From Verrucomicrobiia bacterium (lineage in GTDB: Bacteria; Chloroflexota; Dormibacteria; Aeolococcales; Bog-877), in NCBI GenBank assembly GCA_035532155.1, contig DATKRN010000069.1:3233-67232 (forward strand): a stretch of 64,000 nucleotides of DNA, in the 5' to 3' direction. Shown here one piece after another: positions 27,347 to 36,152 of this stretch. How positions within the stretch are numbered: position 1 is the first letter of the stretch; the number at the start of each line of letters is the position of its first letter. A model generated the notes under the pieces. That model was not told where the DNA came from and did not search any database. It saw nothing but the letters and a program-made list of their open reading frames with translations. The position numbers and the translations under genes were made by a program.

Positions 27347-29278
27347 TTGGAGGTAGAAGCGTTGTCCAATGGATCGTTGTTACGTCGGGTGGCAGGGCGC
27401 CGGCTCTGGTCCCTGATTGGCTTGTTCACTGTTGCGATGGCGGGCCTCGGCTACGCCGCTCAGCAGGTGACCCCGGCGAAGGTTGTCCCGCGCCAGTCCG
27501 CTATCGTCCCGGCGCCGGCCTTCACCGGCGCACAGCTGGGCGTCCAGCCAACCGTCGACTGGCCGACCACGGGCGGCTCGACAACCAACGACCGATTCTC
27601 AGCTCTGAATCTGATCAACGCCACCAACGTCGGTCAGCTGAAAGGGGTATGGCTCACCAAGCTGAGGGGCTCGGGGGCGCCGCTCAAGTACTCGCAGGAG
27701 AGCCAGCCCGTCGAGTACCAGGGCACTATCTACATCTCCACCGGGAATGATGACGTCTTCGCGATCTCGGTCGCGACCGGCAAGATTCTCTGGGAGTACC
27801 AGTCGCACATCAACCAGAAGATCAGCACGGTGTGCTGTGGCTGGGACAACCGCGGGGTCGCGATCGGGGACGGGCGCGTCTACATCGGTGAGCTCGACGA
27901 CCATGTGGTGGCCCTGAACCAGCTGACCGGCGCCGTGGAGTGGAATGTCCACCTGGCCGGTGTCACCTGGCAGAGCGGCGCCACGGTCACCTCGTCACCG
28001 CTCTACATCGACAACACCATCTACATCGGGGATGTTGGCGCCGAGTACGGCGAGCGCCCGTTCATGGAAGCGCTGAACGCGACCACCGGCAAGGAGATGT
28101 GGCGGTTCTACGTTGACCCCGCCCCGCATTCCCCAGGCGGCAACACATGGCCAAACAACGGCACCTACCTCCACGGAGGCGGCTCGATCTGGTCAAACCC
28201 GGCCTACGATCCGGCCACCGGGCTGCTCTACTTCTCGACGGGCAACGCCGGACCGTGGTGGGGTGGCAACCGCAAGGGAAAGAACCTCTTCACGGTCTCG
28301 ATCGTGGCGGTCAAGGCAACCACTGGCCAACTGGCTGGGTGGTACCAGGAGGTCCACCACGACATCTGGGACTACGACACTCCGAGTCCAGTGGTGCTCT
28401 TCAATGCGACCGTGAACGGGAAGATCATTCGAGGGATCGCTCATCCGTCGAAGGTTGGATGGCTCTACCTCATCAATCGGGTGGGTGTGAACGCCCCGGT
28501 GCGCTCCATGTCACCGCTGTACAACAGCATCAAGGAGACGCCGGTTCCCCAGAGCTCCTGGGAGGCAACCTACCCGACGCAGCCGATTCCGCAGGTGGGA
28601 CGGTTCATCCCGGCGCAAGATCCTCCACCTGCCGGCGTGATCCAGTCGATTCTTAAGCTGCGGCAGCCGGTGGAGAAGGTGCTCCCCTACAAGGTCGCCA
28701 CAAGCATGTACACGCCGTTCGAGCCGGGACAGTTCTTGATCTATGGGCCGACCGCACTCGGTGCCGACAGCTGGATGCCCTCGAGCTACAACCCGAACAC
28801 TCAGATGTCCTACGTCTGTGGCAGCGTCGCCTACTGGGGCGCCGATGAAGTGATCCCGAAGCCCTACGTTCCCGGGCAGACGTATGTGGGACTGACGGAC
28901 GTGGTCAGCTCGCCTAGGACAACCGGCACCGTGACGGCGATCAACGACACCAACGGCAAGGTGATGTGGCAGCAGACCTGGGGATCCGAGTGCCGAAGCG
29001 GCACCGTGACCACTGCGGGCAACATCGTCTTCGTCGGAGACAATGCTGGGCAGTTCGAAGCCCTCAACGCCTTGACTGGGAAGACTCTGTGGTCATTCCA
29101 GACGGGTGCCGGTGCCAACGACACCCCCGCCGTCTTCCAGTACAACGGGCAGGAGTACGTGGCATTCCTGGCGGGCGGGCAGCTCTTCGGGACCACGGCT
29201 CATGGAGACAACATGTGGCTCTTCGGCCTGAACGGCACGATGGGCCCGGTCGCTGCGGGAAAGATTCCCAAGGCATGA
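27347..29278 (+). CDS. PQQ-dependent alcohol dehydrogenase (type I-like, vicinal disulfide), lanthanide-type DYD signature, membrane/Tat-anchored
   Basis: Vicinal Cys pair TVCCGW. Active-site HHDIWDYDTPSP (W-D-Y-D). 8 propeller W-motifs. N-terminal RRVAGRRLWSLIGLFTVAMAGLG anchor. 643 aa. Confidence 0.85.
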   Translation: MEVEALSNGSLLRRVAGRRLWSLIGLFTVAMAGLGYAAQQVTPAKVVPRQSAIVPAPAFTGAQLGVQPTVDWPTTGGSTTNDRFSALNLINATNVGQLKGVWLTKLRGSGAPLKYSQESQPVEYQGTIYISTGNDDVFAISVATGKILWEYQSHINQKISTVCCGWDNRGVAIGDGRVYIGELDDHVVALNQLTGAVEWNVHLAGVTWQSGATVTSSPLYIDNTIYIGDVGAEYGERPFMEALNATTGKEMWRFYVDPAPHSPGGNTWPNNGTYLHGGGSIWSNPAYDPATGLLYFSTGNAGPWWGGNRKGKNLFTVSIVAVKATTGQLAGWYQEVHHDIWDYDTPSPVVLFNATVNGKIIRGIAHPSKVGWLYLINRVGVNAPVRSMSPLYNSIKETPVPQSSWEATYPTQPIPQVGRFIPAQDPPPAGVIQSILKLRQPVEKVLPYKVATSMYTPFEPGQFLIYGPTALGADSWMPSSYNPNTQMSYVCGSVAYWGADEVIPKPYVPGQTYVGLTDVVSSPRTTGTVTAINDTNGKVMWQQTWGSECRSGTVTTAGNIVFVGDNAGQFEALNALTGKTLWSFQTGAGANDTPAVFQYNGQEYVAFLAGGQLFGTTAHGDNMWLFGLNGTMGPVAAGKIPKA

Positions 29279-29517
29279 TCTAGGCGATCGACTCGGAGCC
29301 CTTCCCTGGCTGGCCCACGGGCCATGTCCAGGGAGGGGCCACCGGGTCCCCGATTGCCCCCGGCGCGCGGGCTGGGGGCAATCGGTCGGCGGATCCTCGG
29401 TCTCTCTCCTCGAGCGGAGTCATGTCCGAGCCAGGATGAGTCAGGTGGTCGTGGGTATGATCAGCACGATCGGGGTGATGTCGCGGAGCGAGAGCGACAT
29501 GGCTCCTGAAGCGCTTC

Positions 29518-30492
29518 TTGAATTCTGAGGATCTCATGCATCGCAATCAGTCCAGGAGCCACTGGCGGATGCGTACGACAGCGGCTGCGCTCGCGACAGT
29601 GGTCGCGTCCCTGTGGATTGGGGCAGGGTCAGCCCTCGCCACTACCGGGGCCACCAACATTCGGCGAGCTCCCCGCTACGCCATCGCCCACAGCGTCATC
29701 GATGGATACCTGGGACGCTATCGGACGGGGCCGCAGGCGCCGAAGTCGCGAGTCATCACCAGTGACATTCTCATCACCATTGACTCGCGTGGATTTGCCG
29801 AGGGTGGCATTGCGATCATTGGCTACGATTCGCGCGGCAATGAGCAGCAGGTGCTGCTCACGCTTTACGACTTCCACGAGGTTTCCGGGAACATCATCGC
29901 GAATATGGTCGCTCCCACCGGCAACCCCGTGTACGGTCATATCACCTTCCACCACATCGGGCGCTCCCGGGGTCTGTCGGTGCTGATCCGGCCGATCCTG
30001 TATGCCGGGGTCGGCCCTGTCGCGTACAGATATCTCGGGGGTCCGAGCGGAGCGGCGGCTGCCAAGGGACAGGTGGCGCCCCGGGCCGAAGCGGAGACGT
30101 GGCACCCCGGGTGGGGAGCCATACCCGCGATCGTGGGACGATACCACCTGCTGCCCCGTCGATCGGGGAGCACGTCTCGCCGTGATCAGGTCACGGGGGG
30201 CGAGCTGACCGTCTTCATGCGGCAGGTGAAGCCGGGCAAACCGCGGGTTCCGAGCGGGATCTTGCACCTGGAGACGCGGACGTCGAGCATTGTGCTCTAT
30301 CTCACGCACTTCAAGTCGTCGGGCGCGCAGCGCACGGCGATTATCAATGGCGGGGCATTCATCGGTCCCGTGATCGGGGCGGTGCGTGGCACCAGTGTGC
30401 GCTTAGGCCAACTTGCCGTCACCCTGATGGCGGCGGGAATCCCGACCTCCACCGCGCAGCTGATTCGGTTCTCGGTCAGCGCCCAGCCGTGA
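29518..30492 (+). CDS. Secreted hypothetical protein (no family recognised)
   Basis: Signal peptide MRTTAAALATVVASLWIGAGSALA; alternative start at 29566. Sits between two PQQ-ADH genes in the lower-GC segment. Confidence 0.5.
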   Translation: MNSEDLMHRNQSRSHWRMRTTAAALATVVASLWIGAGSALATTGATNIRRAPRYAIAHSVIDGYLGRYRTGPQAPKSRVITSDILITIDSRGFAEGGIAIIGYDSRGNEQQVLLTLYDFHEVSGNIIANMVAPTGNPVYGHITFHHIGRSRGLSVLIRPILYAGVGPVAYRYLGGPSGAAAAKGQVAPRAEAETWHPGWGAIPAIVGRYHLLPRRSGSTSRRDQVTGGELTVFMRQVKPGKPRVPSGILHLETRTSSIVLYLTHFKSSGAQRTAIINGGAFIGPVIGAVRGTSVRLGQLAVTLMAAGIPTSTAQLIRFSVSAQP

Positions 30493-30613
30493 GCGGAGCG
30501 GATCCCATCGGAGTCCTCACGGTCGGTTGACCCTCGGCTGGTCCTCGATGGTGGCCCACCACGGGGCGCAGAGGCCAGATCCCGGTCCGAGCGGTGGCAG
30601 GTGGGGGCCGAGG

Positions 30614-32263
30614 ATGGCATCGGCTGGCACCTCGATGCTCCGATGCGTGCCGGGAGTGGCAGCCTGCGCCCTCATGTTGGTTGGCTGCGCCATCCCGGCT
30701 GGCTCCCGGGCCGGGACGTTGGGGAAGAGCCAGGGTTGGGCCCACTTTGGAAACTCGCTGGCCAACACCCGCTACTCGGGCCTGCGGCAACTGACAGCGG
30801 ACAACGTGACACACCTGAGGATCGTGTGGACTCGATCCGAGGGGCTAGCGCCGCAGCTGTGGGAGGACTACCCGGTCGTGGTGGGCCGGACCATGTACAT
30901 CACGACCAGCACCGACGAGGTGGAGGCGGTCGATGCGATCACAGGGAGAGTGCGGTGGAGCTACATCCCGCGCGTGGACTTCTTCGTGGCCGGCGCGGGA
31001 GCTCTGCCCTTGGCCACAAACCGGGGTGTCGCCGTCTCGGAGGGGCGAGTTTATCTCACCACTTTTGACGATCGCCTGGTGGCCCTCAGTGCCGCGTCCG
31101 GACGGCAACTTTGGCAGACGACCATTGCGAGCCCGACCCTTGGATACACCGAAACCGCGGGTCCGACGGTATACGACGGGTTGGTCTATGTGGGCAACTC
31201 CTCCACCGGTACGGGTGTGCGGGGATTCCTGGCGGCCTTCGACGCCGCCACCGGGACGCGCCGATGGCTCTTCTACACGGTGCCCCCTCCGGGCCAGGGC
31301 TGGGTGCCGCGGCGCGGGCACCACGGAGGCGGTGACGCCTGGATGCCGCCCACGATCGATCCAAGTACCGGGATGGTCTACGCTGCCACGGGCAATCCCA
31401 CGCCGGATCTGGTCAGATCGATCCGCCCGGGCTGCGACCCGCACGCAGACTCAATCGTCGCGCTCACGGCGCGAACCGGTCGACTAGTCTGGTCACGGAG
31501 TCTAGTCTGTGCCGATGCCTGGGACTACGATACGAGCCAAGCTCCCTTCTACTTCACGCTGCGGCTCGGGGGTCGAGCGGTTAGGGTGGTGGCCGACGGC
31601 AGCAAATCGGGTCGATTGATCGTGCTGGATGCACTGACCGGGCACGTGGTGTCGGAGTCGCCCTACCTCACGCCCTACACGGCACCCCATCTGACCCCGA
31701 CGACCCGGGGTGTGCGCGTGTGTCCGGGTGCCTTCGGTGGGTTGGAGTACTCCCCACCCTCCTATGACCCGGTCACCGGAAGCGTGTATCTCGACGGAGT
31801 GCGCGCATGCATGCGCTACACGTCGGAGTCGGCGGCGGCGGCGGCGCGCCATCGGCGAGGGCACCCGGATGTTGGGGGCAGCTACACGCTGCTGCGGACG
31901 CCCCGTCCGATCGGATACCTGGCAGCGGTGGATCCCGCCACGGGTCGGACCCGATGGGAGGATCGACTTCCCCTGCCGTCGGTGGGCGGCACCCTGGCGA
32001 CCGCGGGCGGCCTGGTCTTCACGGGCGACGACAACGGCAAACTGTATGCGGCAGCAGCCCGCAGCGGACGGATTCTCTGGTCGATCGACTTGCGGCTTCC
32101 GATGGGATCCGCGCCGTTCACCTATGCGGTCGCAGGGCGGCAGTACCTGGCGGTGGTGGCCGGAGGGTCGCAGCTCGCGGTGGTGAGCGGCCTGCAGACC
32201 GGTGGCCGGCTGGTCGTATTCGACTTGGCGGGAGATCACGCGCCGCGCCGCCGGGTGGGGTGA
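30614..32263 (+). CDS. PQQ-dependent alcohol dehydrogenase-family quinoprotein, lanthanide-type DYD signature, lipoprotein-anchored
   Basis: Internal ATG chosen before lipobox LMLVGCA (track ORF starts at 30527). Active-site ADAWDYDTS (W-D-Y-D). About 60% similar by eye to the 22377 paralogue (e.g. TMYITTSTDEVEAVDAITGRVRW vs TLYITTSTDEVQAYDAATGRLRW). Confidence 0.8.
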   Translation: MASAGTSMLRCVPGVAACALMLVGCAIPAGSRAGTLGKSQGWAHFGNSLANTRYSGLRQLTADNVTHLRIVWTRSEGLAPQLWEDYPVVVGRTMYITTSTDEVEAVDAITGRVRWSYIPRVDFFVAGAGALPLATNRGVAVSEGRVYLTTFDDRLVALSAASGRQLWQTTIASPTLGYTETAGPTVYDGLVYVGNSSTGTGVRGFLAAFDAATGTRRWLFYTVPPPGQGWVPRRGHHGGGDAWMPPTIDPSTGMVYAATGNPTPDLVRSIRPGCDPHADSIVALTARTGRLVWSRSLVCADAWDYDTSQAPFYFTLRLGGRAVRVVADGSKSGRLIVLDALTGHVVSESPYLTPYTAPHLTPTTRGVRVCPGAFGGLEYSPPSYDPVTGSVYLDGVRACMRYTSESAAAAARHRRGHPDVGGSYTLLRTPRPIGYLAAVDPATGRTRWEDRLPLPSVGGTLATAGGLVFTGDDNGKLYAAAARSGRILWSIDLRLPMGSAPFTYAVAGRQYLAVVAGGSQLAVVSGLQTGGRLVVFDLAGDHAPRRRVG

Positions 32264-32357
32264 GGGCGCGTCGGTGTCCCCTGCTGACCGGTCGAGCGTG
32301 ACAGGTGGTGCCGCGCCAGGTTCGGGCGCGGGTCACAGCTGTCGCGCGAATGGATGA

Positions 32358-34097
32358 GTGACGATGCCGGGGATGGGTCTCGGGCCTCAGACCATCGGCG
32401 GCTTCTACCCCTACCTGTTGGGCGAGCTGGCGGTGGTGGTTGCTGTCGTGATAGCCATCATGGTGGGCCGGAGCGTGTGGCGCGCTGCGCCAGGAATGAC
32501 CCGTGAGCGGACCCCGGAGGAGCCTGCAGGGATCCCGGCGGCCGGATCTTCGCGTGCGCGGCTGGTCCTCAGGCGTGCGATCGGGAGTCTGTGGATTGTG
32601 GACGGACTCCTCCAAGCCCAGCCGTCGATGCCGAATGGGTTCGCCGCGAATGTCCTGACGGCTAGTCTTCACGGCCAGCCGTGGTGGATGGCAAACGTCC
32701 TGACCTGGGAAATCTATCTTTGGCAGGCACATCCCATCCCGCTGGCGGCGGCCACGGTGCTCGTCCAGATTGGCATCGGCGCGATGATCCTCGCAGGGGG
32801 CGACGGCCGCGTGGGTCGGCTCGGAATTTGGGTATCCCTCGGATGGGGGATGGTCGTATGGGCTGGGGGCGAGGCCATGGGAGGCCTGCTCGCTCCCGGG
32901 GCGACGGAGATGATGGGAGCACCCGGCGCCGTTCTCGCCTACCTCGCATCGGCGCTGCTCCTGCTCGCCCCCAAGGAGTGGTGGGGATCCCGCCGCTCGC
33001 AGAGGGTGATTCGCACCGGCGTGGGCCTGCTGCTGCTCCTAGGCGCTCTGATCCAGGCCGTGCCCGGCGAGGGCTTCTGGCGTGGCCCCGGTCTGGCGGC
33101 GATGTTCCGAGCAATGGCCGCCGTGCCCCAGCCGGCGGCCCTGGCTTCCCCGATCCGGCACGCGGCTGGGCTCGCCGCGGCGTGGCCGATACCCCTCAAT
33201 CTCGGCTTGGTCGTGGCGATGGCCGGCCTCGGAGTGGGATTGCTCCTGGGACGAGCATCGCGCGCCTGGTCGGTGGCCGCCATGGTCTGGCTGGCGGTGA
33301 CCTGGTGGGTCGGCCAGGATTTCGGAGCCCTCGGATCGCGCACTGCCACCGACCCGAACCTCGCGCCCATCGTCGCACTCCTCCTGGTCGTGGCGTGGAT
33401 CAACCCGGCTGCGAACTCGATCCCGCACCGGTGGCGTCCTGCCCGACGGATCCGTGGGACCGAGGGGGCAGCAGTGGCGGGGCTGGTTGCGTGCGTGGTA
33501 GCGGGTGCCACCGGGCTGACTGCGCTGGCGACGCGCGCCGCCACGACCGCCGCGCTCACGATTGGGGGACCGCTCGTGGCGACCGGACCCGTTCCGCTCC
33601 CTTCCATCAGATTGATCGATCAAGCGGGACGCCCGGTCGAGCTGAGTCACTGGTCCGACCGGGAAGTCGTTCTCACCTTCCTTGACCCGGTCAGCTCGGG
33701 AGCCGCGCCGATAATCGCACAGCAGCTCGTCGCCGTCGACCGTGGTCTCGGCCGCCTTCGCCATCGCGTCGAGTTCGTCGCGGTGGCGTCCAACCCCGTC
33801 TATCGCAGCCTTGCGGTGGTGCGCTCCTTCGATGCCGAGCAGCACTTGGCCCGTGTGGCCAACTGGACATTCTTGACGGGGTCGCTCGCCCAGCTAGAGA
33901 GATTCTGGTCGGCCTTCCACTTGGTGATGATCGTGCCGTCCCTCGGGGGAGTGGAGCAGCCCCAGGTGATCTACTTCGCTCGTCCCGGTGGAGTCGAGGA
34001 GTGGTGGGCCGAGGATGTCGCTCCCAGCGACAATGCCGCTGTCAACCGCTCCTACATCACCCTGATCGAGCGGCAGGTTCGGACCATCCTGCGATGA
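32358..34097 (+). CDS. Polytopic membrane protein (DoxX-like, ~9 TM) fused to a C-terminal thioredoxin-fold Sco1/SenC-like domain that lacks the CxxxC pair
   Basis: N-terminal 380 aa hydrophobic. C-terminal LIDQAGRPVELSHWSDREVVLTFLDPVSSGAAP...HRVEFVAVASNP resembles Sco1/SenC/redoxin, but Ser and Ala replace the Cu-binding cysteines. Confidence 0.6.
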   Translation: MTMPGMGLGPQTIGGFYPYLLGELAVVVAVVIAIMVGRSVWRAAPGMTRERTPEEPAGIPAAGSSRARLVLRRAIGSLWIVDGLLQAQPSMPNGFAANVLTASLHGQPWWMANVLTWEIYLWQAHPIPLAAATVLVQIGIGAMILAGGDGRVGRLGIWVSLGWGMVVWAGGEAMGGLLAPGATEMMGAPGAVLAYLASALLLLAPKEWWGSRRSQRVIRTGVGLLLLLGALIQAVPGEGFWRGPGLAAMFRAMAAVPQPAALASPIRHAAGLAAAWPIPLNLGLVVAMAGLGVGLLLGRASRAWSVAAMVWLAVTWWVGQDFGALGSRTATDPNLAPIVALLLVVAWINPAANSIPHRWRPARRIRGTEGAAVAGLVACVVAGATGLTALATRAATTAALTIGGPLVATGPVPLPSIRLIDQAGRPVELSHWSDREVVLTFLDPVSSGAAPIIAQQLVAVDRGLGRLRHRVEFVAVASNPVYRSLAVVRSFDAEQHLARVANWTFLTGSLAQLERFWSAFHLVMIVPSLGGVEQPQVIYFARPGGVEEWWAEDVAPSDNAAVNRSYITLIERQVRTILR

Positions 34098-35266
34098 GCG
34101 GGGCCACGCGGCGGGCGCCAGGGTCTCCGGTACTCGCGGCGGTGGCTGGCCTGGTCGGCTTAGGCGTCATCGCCGGCTTCTGCGTGGCGAGGCTCCCGCA
34201 CGCTCCCCTCGCCTCCCCGGGAGGAGTCGCCACCGTGCCGACGCCCCGACAGCTCCTGGCGTGGGAGGCGGAGTCGGTAGCGTTCACTGGGCGCACGGTA
34301 GCCTGGGCCACCGTGCCCGACGGCACGTTCTGGCGCGTGGTGCGCTCGACCGACGCCGGGGTCCGCTGGCGCGACGTCACCCCGGCCGGCAACGACACCA
34401 GCGGGGGGCTCGACCTGTCAGCCATCACCCCGGATGAGGCGGCGGTCGCCTTCCGCCCCTATGGGTATCAGCATCGGTCGGCGTTCGCCCTCACCGTCGA
34501 CGGCGGCGCGCGCTGGCAGGTTGGCATGCTTCCCGGGGCGGCGGCCGGGCCGTCATCGATGGCTGTGGACGGCGCCGGTCGTTTGGTGGCGGTGCTGGCT
34601 GGCGGTCGGGCGGTGCGGAGCGCTGACGGTGGCCAGAGCTGGTCAGGTGTCGGGCTTCCCACTCTGATCGGGTGCGGGGCGCGGACGGTGCGGTTCGTGA
34701 GCCGATCGGTGGGCTGGATCGGCTCCTCCTGCCGCGGCCGCGCCGGGCTCTGGGCGACCGCGGACGGAGGGGCAACCTGGCGAGGGGAAACGCTGCCCGT
34801 CCGTGTTCCCAGGTCTGCGCTATGCGCGGTGGCGCCCCCCGGTCCTGTCAGTGATGGCGGCTCCGTCACCGTCGCGCTGACGGCAGGTGCCGACGCCACC
34901 CAGATCGCGGTCGTGCGGTGGCGCGGTCGCCGCTGGCAGCGGTTGGGTGCCCTCACGCTGGGACCGGGTCGGGTGATCGGCGCTGTTGCGGGGTCCCGCC
35001 TGTTCGTGGCGAAGCCGGCCGCCGCTGGGACCGACAGCGTGGAGCTGGCGCTGAGCCAGGACGCGGGGGCGAGCTGGCGAACACGCTGGATCCCGATCCC
35101 GTCGACTCAGGTCACAGGGATCAGCATCACCACCGCAGGCGTGGGTCTCATCGTTGGCCAAAGGCGTGGGGATCCGCGCCTTTGGGCCTCGCGCACAGGC
35201 ACGACGTGGTCGTTGGAGCCTCTGCTCGTGACCGCTCGGCGCACCCCACCCTACGGCTTGGCCTGA
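34094..35266 (+). CDS. BNR/Asp-box repeat (Ycf48/sortilin-like) beta-propeller protein, membrane-anchored
   Basis: ATGA overlap with the upstream gene. Five Asp-box repeats: STDAGVRW, TVDGGARW, SADGGQSW, TADGGATW, SQDAGASW. Confidence 0.7.
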   Translation: MSGATRRAPGSPVLAAVAGLVGLGVIAGFCVARLPHAPLASPGGVATVPTPRQLLAWEAESVAFTGRTVAWATVPDGTFWRVVRSTDAGVRWRDVTPAGNDTSGGLDLSAITPDEAAVAFRPYGYQHRSAFALTVDGGARWQVGMLPGAAAGPSSMAVDGAGRLVAVLAGGRAVRSADGGQSWSGVGLPTLIGCGARTVRFVSRSVGWIGSSCRGRAGLWATADGGATWRGETLPVRVPRSALCAVAPPGPVSDGGSVTVALTAGADATQIAVVRWRGRRWQRLGALTLGPGRVIGAVAGSRLFVAKPAAAGTDSVELALSQDAGASWRTRWIPIPSTQVTGISITTAGVGLIVGQRRGDPRLWASRTGTTWSLEPLLVTARRTPPYGLA

Positions 35267-35459
35267 GGCCGAAGAGCTCACGCCCCGGGTCACGACCTAG
35301 TCCGGACGCTACCACGCTCCGTCTCGAGCCGCCCGGCGCGCTCAAGTCGCGGCGCCCCCTCGCGCTCGTCGGAACTCCTGGGCACGGCTCCGACTGGGGG
35401 AATGCTGGCGCGCCGCCATCCCACGCGTCGCCGGGACGGGCAGCAGATCACCCGGGCAG

Positions 35460-35531
35460 CTGGGGCGGAAGGATTCGAACCTTCGAATGGGGGATCCAAA
35501 GTCCCCTGCCTTACCGCTTGGCGACGCCCCA
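35460..35531 (-). tRNA. tRNA-Gln (anticodon UUG)
   Basis: Folded by hand. Acceptor stem TGGGGCG/CGCCCCA with the U1:A72 pair characteristic of bacterial tRNA-Gln. U8. D-arm GCC-AGCGGTAA-GGC. Anticodon stem GGGGA/TCCCC with loop CTTTGGA (UUG). T-arm GAAGG-TTCGAAT-CCTTC. CCA not encoded. Confidence 0.8.
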
Positions 35532-35597
35532 TCGGCGGCGTCACGGGCCGCTCCCGCCCGTGACGCCGTGCGGCCGCGGTCAGGGTACGCGCGCGCC

Positions 35598-36026
35598 CTA
35601 GCGCAGGGTGGCTCGGATCGTGATCTCGAGGTTTCCCGCCAGCGCCTTGGAGACAGGGCAGCCGTCCTTGGCGGCGGTGGCCGCGGCCTCGAATCCTGCC
35701 GCGTCCAAATTGGGGACCGCCCCGTCCACCACCAGCGCCATGGTCGTGATCCGAACCGCGACCGGATCGAAGGTACAGGTGGCGCGCACCCGGAGCTCCT
35801 CAGGGGGCGTGCCGGCGCGGGCCAGGCCGGCCGACAGGGCCATCGCGTAGCAGGTGGCGTGGGCGGCCGCCAGCAGCTCCTCCGGAGTGGTGCCGTCGTC
35901 GGGGGTGCCGGCCCGCGCTGCCCAGGTCGCCCCGACCTCGGGCAGCGCTCCGGCCCCGAAGGCGGTGCGCCCGCGCCCCTCGCGCAGGGTGCCGTGCCAG
36001 ACGCTGGTCGCGGTGCTCTCAGTCAT
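35598..36026 (-). CDS. OsmC/Ohr-family peroxiredoxin
   Basis: Internal ATG gives MTESTATSVWHGTL.. with the conserved HATCYAMAL cysteine motif. About 142 aa. Confidence 0.8.
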   Translation of the reverse strand: MTESTATSVWHGTLREGRGRTAFGAGALPEVGATWAARAGTPDDGTTPEELLAAAHATCYAMALSAGLARAGTPPEELRVRATCTFDPVAVRITTMALVVDGAVPNLDAAGFEAAATAAKDGCPVSKALAGNLEITIRATLR

Positions 36027-36152
36027 GGGTCGCCTCCCTTCTCGGTCGCAGCGGCCGGCGCAGCCCGCGCGGCCTCTCCATTGTCGCGATCCGAGCCCGC
36101 CGCGTCCGGGCTCGGCGGGGCCCGGTCGCCGCCGGTGGGGTAGGATCGATCC

